64,000 nucleotides of DNA from Bryobacteraceae bacterium (GTDB lineage Bacteria; Acidobacteriota; Terriglobia; Bryobacterales; Bryobacteraceae), in the NCBI GenBank assembly GCA_035552315.1, contig DASZLO010000103.1, positions 4,255-68,254 on the forward strand, written 5' to 3'. A program made the position numbers and the translations under genes. Below the pieces are notes generated by a model. The model was given only the letters and a program-made list of their open reading frames with translations. It was not told the origin of the DNA and did not search any database. Shown here in pieces: positions 61,501-64,000 of the stretch. The number at the start of each line of letters is the position of its first letter. The first letter of the stretch is position 1.

Positions 61501-62006
61501 GAAATTTCCACGGTCGCGCCGGAGGGCGATGTCCAGTTCACAATGGCCCCGGAATTGAAATATTGCCCGCTGATGGTGATCGAAGTTGCTCCGCTGCCTG
61601 GTGCTGCGATATTCGGAAAAGTGGAACCGATTGTGAGGGGCGCAACTGTGAACGGGATGGCCGCCGGGGAATCGCCGCCCGAGCCTGCCACTGCGATCTG
61701 CGCTGTACCGGCCGTAGTCAGCAGGGAAACGGGAATGGTCGCCGAAAGTTGTCCGGCTTGAATCATGCTGGCGGCAACCGAGGTTTGCTGTCCGCCAGGC
61801 GGCGTGAACAGAACCGTGGAACTGGAATCGAAGCCGCTGCCCGTGATTGTGAGGACGGCCCCGCCGGGATTATTGGCGGGAATAGTGTCCGGCGTGACTG
61901 AGCTGACGTTCGCCGCAATTGCGCTCACACAGCAGAACACAATCGTAGAAAGTCCGGCCCAAAAACGGCCACTTGAATGGTAGGTGAAGCCGGACAGAGG
62001 TGACAT
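55530..62006 (-). CDS. Giant secreted/cell-surface protein: IPT/TIG, Ig-like (He_PIG-type) repeats, 7 FG-GAP/VCBS repeats, Solibacter-type C-terminal domain
   Basis: 2158 aa. N-terminal hydrophobic signal/anchor. Two IPT-like units (aa ~35-215). Eight copies of the motif PYxW…LPxGL…G.I(S/T)GTP. Seven DFNGDG/DLNGDG repeats spaced 47-56 aa apart (aa ~400-740). The last ~215 aa (…GTIVEIYGSNL…APLYYAGPNQIDAQIP…IYFAGLTPGYVGLYQMNFQIPAG…) match my memory of the TIGRFAMs Soli_cterm domain. Confidence 0.9.
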   Translation of the reverse strand: MSPLSGFTYHSSGRFWAGLSTIVFCCVSAIAANVSSVTPDTIPANNPGGAVLTITGSGFDSSSTVLFTPPGGQQTSVAASMIQAGQLSATIPVSLLTTAGTAQIAVAGSGGDSPAAIPFTVAPLTIGSTFPNIAAPGSGATSITISGQYFNSGAIVNWTSPSGATVEISPTLIQPGQLAVTIPASLFIGPGTAQIAVAEPDGTLSNSLPFAIDTPIVIGTVLPPGLVSAPYFATLSASGGVLPYNVWTLVSGSLPAGLVLAGFTGSISGTPSPSSAGIYNFSVALTDDAGVVSPAVSLSLTIRGSSGISLAGPAPPPLLGHPASFTATVVPSSATGKVTFYDGVTVLGVRPVNNGQAIFATSQLMSGARSLKAIYSGSATLAPSVSATRAQTVIAKAGNGFQNEITTSVKTSGSSAAAGDFNGDGKTDFVFPGPLANVTVILGKGDGTFQNPVQYPAGSGVLTLVTGDFNGDGVTDIAAGTGTGVSIILGNGDGTFRAPVMVNPGISPGSMAAADFNGDGRIDLAVANASGAGMVSVLIGNGDGSFQTPVQTFVGSAMGVLAAGDFNGDGIPDLAGSNVTGSVDILLGKGDGNFLPLTSYVAGTGTITQIAVQDLNGDGVADLAVNNQGGTPLTTLLGNGDGTFQNAASYTPGDSLSVASGDFNGDGIPDVVTSNAASAGGPALVLRVFIGNGDGSFQSAVNYPLALNQYSVLVAGDFNGDGIADIAGLDSAGTLHVLPGAPAPVLCPATASSILTSSMFTLTCTVSVNAGPYTWSISNGSLPPGLTINTSTGAITGTPAAAGTYTFVVQVADSSSPPRTVTQSITLKTVTPLVLAASPLAAGTAGTAYAATLAAGGVTPYTCSVSAGVLPARITLNPATCTLSGTPSAANAYTFTITAADAGTPAQTASRAYTLTIASATVVSSGSPPPPPPSPLSITTTAIPAGVTGVPFAAFSMTAKGGSGSYSWSSDSLPDGFSISSEGKISGTPLAAGVFPEVVINVLGLGGFGVVSATYTMTVTAKPAITSSSTLAEIALGSAVSVTFRGSGGQPPYTWSAATLPSGLAIDASTGALTGTPVQAGNFTFSIQLNDSNKVSAAPLSVTLAVLGITTSSPIPNASPSKAYSQSFSAAGGTGPYKFSATGLPAGLTLSDAGALSGLARTAGSYSVKVTVKDANNFAASSAFAIVVGAAAALGVSKGPLPNGMIATPYSATLTATGGTPPYTWTVPGGGLPDGLTVTPSGTISGTPSKTKTFSFTATVTDTSAATSSATVSITITATPLQLNTSLPNGIEGSDYPVQILSASGGTAPYTFSNGSGSLPAGIALAAGEIAGRPTQSGTFDFAVNVTDSSTPPATMAAPLEIVVKPSQADLILSSAALSFALTAGASGLPPASSTTVQSSLVSEPLNYSVTVSPTVGWLDIASGTVTPGSLKIALDPQALSLAASATPYKTSVIVTCVAPSPCAGSAQSIAVSLNVTAPPPELSITGGLLSLSTTGSASVSGSFGITNAGGGTLTLSSITAADGWATISGVPASLAAGPPHQITVTANPAGLAAGYYLTNVTVASSAGSANIPVGLLIAQDLTMSMNPAGTQMHTQAGNAPGSTSGSFVLSVSGTSTVNWSASVLPGANWLSVSTASGAASGAIPGNVSFAIDPVAVAALSAQTWYGTIRVTSPDIVNSPQDFEVVLDIAAASSGISPDPEPAGLVFVSNGAATVPPQTVQILAGSAAAIPYQASVSTSDGTGWLSVNPGSGNTAAAAAAQSIVSVNPAALAPGVYRGELSYAFSSAGVRTVNVTLIVAAPGTQAGGKAASSLTSLPSGPACSPTSLVATQVSLVNNFAQSTGLPVPLSLYLFDDCGAPVLNAQAGVDFSNGDPSLTLTQVGSTGIYWGTWTPLNAASQAAVSARATAPGLTAAATQVTGEVTGSSIPTLTEGGTVHVFDSVVGAALSPGTIVEIYGSNLAAQSSPATTVPLPLSLGGASVTIGGYPAPLYYAGPNQIDAQIPVELTKSGRYQVVVASGGGQSTPGTIATAPVSPGIAAYGNGAVIAQHADYSLVTESSPAAPGEYVVIYLSGMGLTNAVVADGAASPSDPLGKPLTVPTLTLNGISIPIYFAGLTPGYVGLYQMNFQIPAGTPNRDLSLVVSQNGQTSNSTVLPVHN

Positions 62007-62031
62007 TCTTCCTAAATTGACGCGTTTTGTG

Positions 62032-62044
62032 ATTATACCGTCAA
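62032..62044 (-). promoter_or_regulatory. Candidate -10 element for the giant surface-protein gene
   Basis: The minus strand reads TTGACGgTATAAT, with a perfect TATAAT at 62037-62032. This sits 25 nt upstream of ATG 62006, and AGGAAG lies just before the start. The intergenic region is AT-rich within a GC-rich genome. Confidence 0.35.
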
Positions 62045-62109
62045 ATGTAGTTGATTGTGATTAAAATTACGAACAATTAAACCCGGCGCTTGAAAAAATC
62101 AGACCGCTG

Positions 62110-62763
62110 CTACCGCATTGTTTTGTTGGAGGTTTGTGAGGAAAATCCGGACTCGACGATCGGCCGCGCATCGGCGATCGTATCCCCAAGCCGCAAATCG
62201 AAATTCACCCGCCGCTGCAGGATCGCCCGCTCGCGCTGTCCGGCGCCATGCCCCGTAAGCACATGCAGCCCGCCGCGTAATCCCGCGTTGAGGCCGGCTT
62301 CCATATCGCTGGCATGGTCGCCCACGATCCACGACCCGGCCAGATCGAGATTCAACGCTGGCGCCGCCGCCAGCAGCATTCCCGGCTGAGGTTTTCGCGC
62401 CGGATGCTCCGGGTAAAACGGACAAGCCAGCACGGCATCGATCCGGGCGTTAAGCCGCGCCAGTTCGTCCTCCATTGCCGCTTCTACAGCGACAAAAGCG
62501 TCCCATCCGTAAAAACCCTGGCCGATTCCCGACTGGTTGGTAACCAGGACCACCGGTATATCCCGCCGGTTGGCCTCCGCGATGATCTCCGCCGCGCCCG
62601 GAATCAGAACCACGTCCTCCGGCCGCGAGAGGTAATGTTTCTCCTCGATAACGACCCCGTCCCGATCGAGAAACAATGCTGGTCTGGCCGCTCCGGAAAC
62701 CGGCTCTCCGGCCCGGAACCAGATGCCATGATCCTCGTGAAACCGGCCTGTATCCAAGCTCAT
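62110..62763 (-). CDS. gmhB: D-glycero-D-manno-heptose 1,7-bisphosphate phosphatase (HAD-IIIA)
   Basis: Track ORF is 62110..62856; start moved to ATG 62763. HAD motifs FLDRDGVV, VTNQSGIGQG, RKPQPGML and VGDHASDMEAG. Confidence 0.8.
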   Translation of the reverse strand: MSLDTGRFHEDHGIWFRAGEPVSGAARPALFLDRDGVVIEEKHYLSRPEDVVLIPGAAEIIAEANRRDIPVVLVTNQSGIGQGFYGWDAFVAVEAAMEDELARLNARIDAVLACPFYPEHPARKPQPGMLLAAAPALNLDLAGSWIVGDHASDMEAGLNAGLRGGLHVLTGHGAGQRERAILQRRVNFDLRLGDTIADARPIVESGFSSQTSNKTMR

Positions 62764-62854
62764 AGTCGATTGCCGACCCTCCAGCTTCCCACATCCGATT
62801 TCATGAATCCGGAACCGCAAACGTCTCATCATGCCACCCGAGGACTTAAACTCC

Positions 62855-63364
62855 ATGACAATCGCAGAATCGTTACTCCCCGAATTCGATCAGGAAATGT
62901 CGAGCACCCGCAAGCTCCTGGAATGTGTGCCGGATGGCATTTTCGACTATAAGCCGCATGAGAAATCGATGGCGCTGGGACGCCTGGCCAGCCACGTTGC
63001 CGAGATCCCGGGTTATCTCACGGCCACAATCACCCGGCCGAAACTCGAAATCCCCGCGGGCTATAAGGCGTTCAACGTCGCTTCGAAGCAGGAACTGCTC
63101 GCCGCCTTCGACAAGAACGCCGCGGAGGCGCGCGCAGCCATCGAGGGCGCGACGGACGAGCATCTCGCTGAGCCGTGGTCGCTGGTCTTTGGCGGACACA
63201 CCGCGTTTACCATGCCGCGCGCGGCCGTGGTGCGCAATATGGGGATGAATCACCTGATTCACCACCGGGCTCAACTAGGGGTCTATTTGAGACTGAACGA
63301 CGTGGCAATTCCCGGCATGTACGGCCCGTCAGCCGATCAGAAGACCGCCGCCGCGCAGGCGTAA
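62855..63364 (+). CDS. DinB-family protein
   Basis: Track ORF is 62831..63364; start moved to ATG 62855. Four-helix DinB pattern with conserved His residues (…LASHVAEIP…, …NHLIHHRAQLGVYLR…). Confidence 0.75.
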   Translation: MTIAESLLPEFDQEMSSTRKLLECVPDGIFDYKPHEKSMALGRLASHVAEIPGYLTATITRPKLEIPAGYKAFNVASKQELLAAFDKNAAEARAAIEGATDEHLAEPWSLVFGGHTAFTMPRAAVVRNMGMNHLIHHRAQLGVYLRLNDVAIPGMYGPSADQKTAAAQA

Positions 63365-63375
63365 GGAGAAGTTTT

Positions 63376-63981
63376 TTACGGTTCTTCCCGCCGCGGCAGC
63401 ACTTCCGAGATGTTGCCCATCATCTGCTGCTCGGCGGGAGAATAGCGATTCTGAAACTCTTCGCTGTTCATGCGCGCGCTGCGCTCTTCCTGCGGCATCC
63501 TGTTGAGCCGTTCCAGTTCCGAACTGATCGCCGCTTTTCGCTCCTGCGGGAGTTCCTGAAACTGACGCAGTGACTGGCGGACCTGATTCCGCCTCTGCGG
63601 CGGAAGACTTTGCAGCTTCTCAAACTGCTGCACCTCCCGCTGCCGCGCGGCCGGCGGCAGTTGTTGAAAATTCTGCAGCTGCTTCATCACGGCCTGCCGC
63701 CTTTCGGGCGGCAAATCCGCCAGGGCTTTCTGCCGCTCTTCAGGCGTCATTTGCGCCAGCTTCTGCACGTTGCCCATGCCTGGGGCCACCACCGCGTTGG
63801 CACGCTGCTGTGCGCGTAACTGTTGCGCGCGTCCCGCTTGTTGTTGCGCGCGTCCAGGCTGTTGCTGCGCGCGCGGCGCGGCCTGCGGTTTGGGCGGACG
63901 GGCCGGCTTCGGCTCTTTTTGGCCCGCCAGGGCGCAAGCCAGAGCTACAACAAAAAACGCAACTGTAACGCGCAAGGTCAT
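63376..63981 (-). CDS. Exported DUF3106-like repeat protein
   Basis: 201 aa. Signal peptide MTLRVTVAFFVVALACALAG. Gln/Arg-rich repeats (MTPEERQKALADLPPERRQAV, LPPAARQREVQQF, LPPQRRNQVRQSL, LPQERKAAI, MPQEERSARM). Confidence 0.7.
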   Translation of the reverse strand: MTLRVTVAFFVVALACALAGQKEPKPARPPKPQAAPRAQQQPGRAQQQAGRAQQLRAQQRANAVVAPGMGNVQKLAQMTPEERQKALADLPPERRQAVMKQLQNFQQLPPAARQREVQQFEKLQSLPPQRRNQVRQSLRQFQELPQERKAAISSELERLNRMPQEERSARMNSEEFQNRYSPAEQQMMGNISEVLPRREEP

Positions 63982-64000
63982 CCGATCACATTCATCGACT

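Noticed and set aside
55566-61901. Several long ORFs overlapping the giant gene on either strand (55566..56360 +, 58132..58845 -, 59538..60029 +, 60123..61901 + at 592 aa, and others)
   Set aside because: All are Arg/Gly-rich and lack domain repeats. The 2158-aa minus-strand frame shows coherent IPT, Ig and FG-GAP periodicity.

Overview
GC-rich bacterial chromosomal window. It is most likely Acidobacteriota of the Solibacter/Bryobacter type. The clues are a giant surface protein ending in a Solibacter-type C-terminal domain, a TonB-dependent receptor with a CarboxypepD_reg-like N-terminus, a PEP-CTERM protein, and many signal-peptide-bearing hypothetical proteins. I call 52 protein-coding genes, densely packed, with frequent GTG/TTG starts and 4-nt start/stop overlaps. 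One of them (1..1886, minus strand) is missing from the ORF track because it runs off the window edge. Recognisable content: a fused LptF-LptG permease behind an exported TldD/PmbA-like pair; lutABC; a tandem U32 protein; trmH-rarA-phyH; CHAD plus inorganic pyrophosphatase; a padR/VOC/cupin group; amtB-glnK-glnD; a TPR-sulfotransferase; several exported peptidases; a TonB-dependent receptor next to a Tat-signal aminotransferase; a glycolipid-like cluster (GT28 glycosyltransferase, beta-barrel, dehydrogenase, TauE, PAP2); a SET-domain protein; and a 2158-aa IPT/Ig/FG-GAP protein. By eye I found no tRNA, rRNA, CRISPR array, transposase, integrase, prophage or canonical defence system. The many long ORFs antisense to real genes are the usual high-GC artefact. 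I found no proven novel system. The best candidates for undescribed biology are hypotheses from gene context: the exported TldD/E-like pair coupled to LptFG, the sulfotransferase plus small ORF, the Tat-exported aminotransferase beside the receptor, the CHAD-PPase pair, and the cluster of unknown genes at 37.4-39.7 kb. All domain assignments come from motif recognition by eye, not from database searches.
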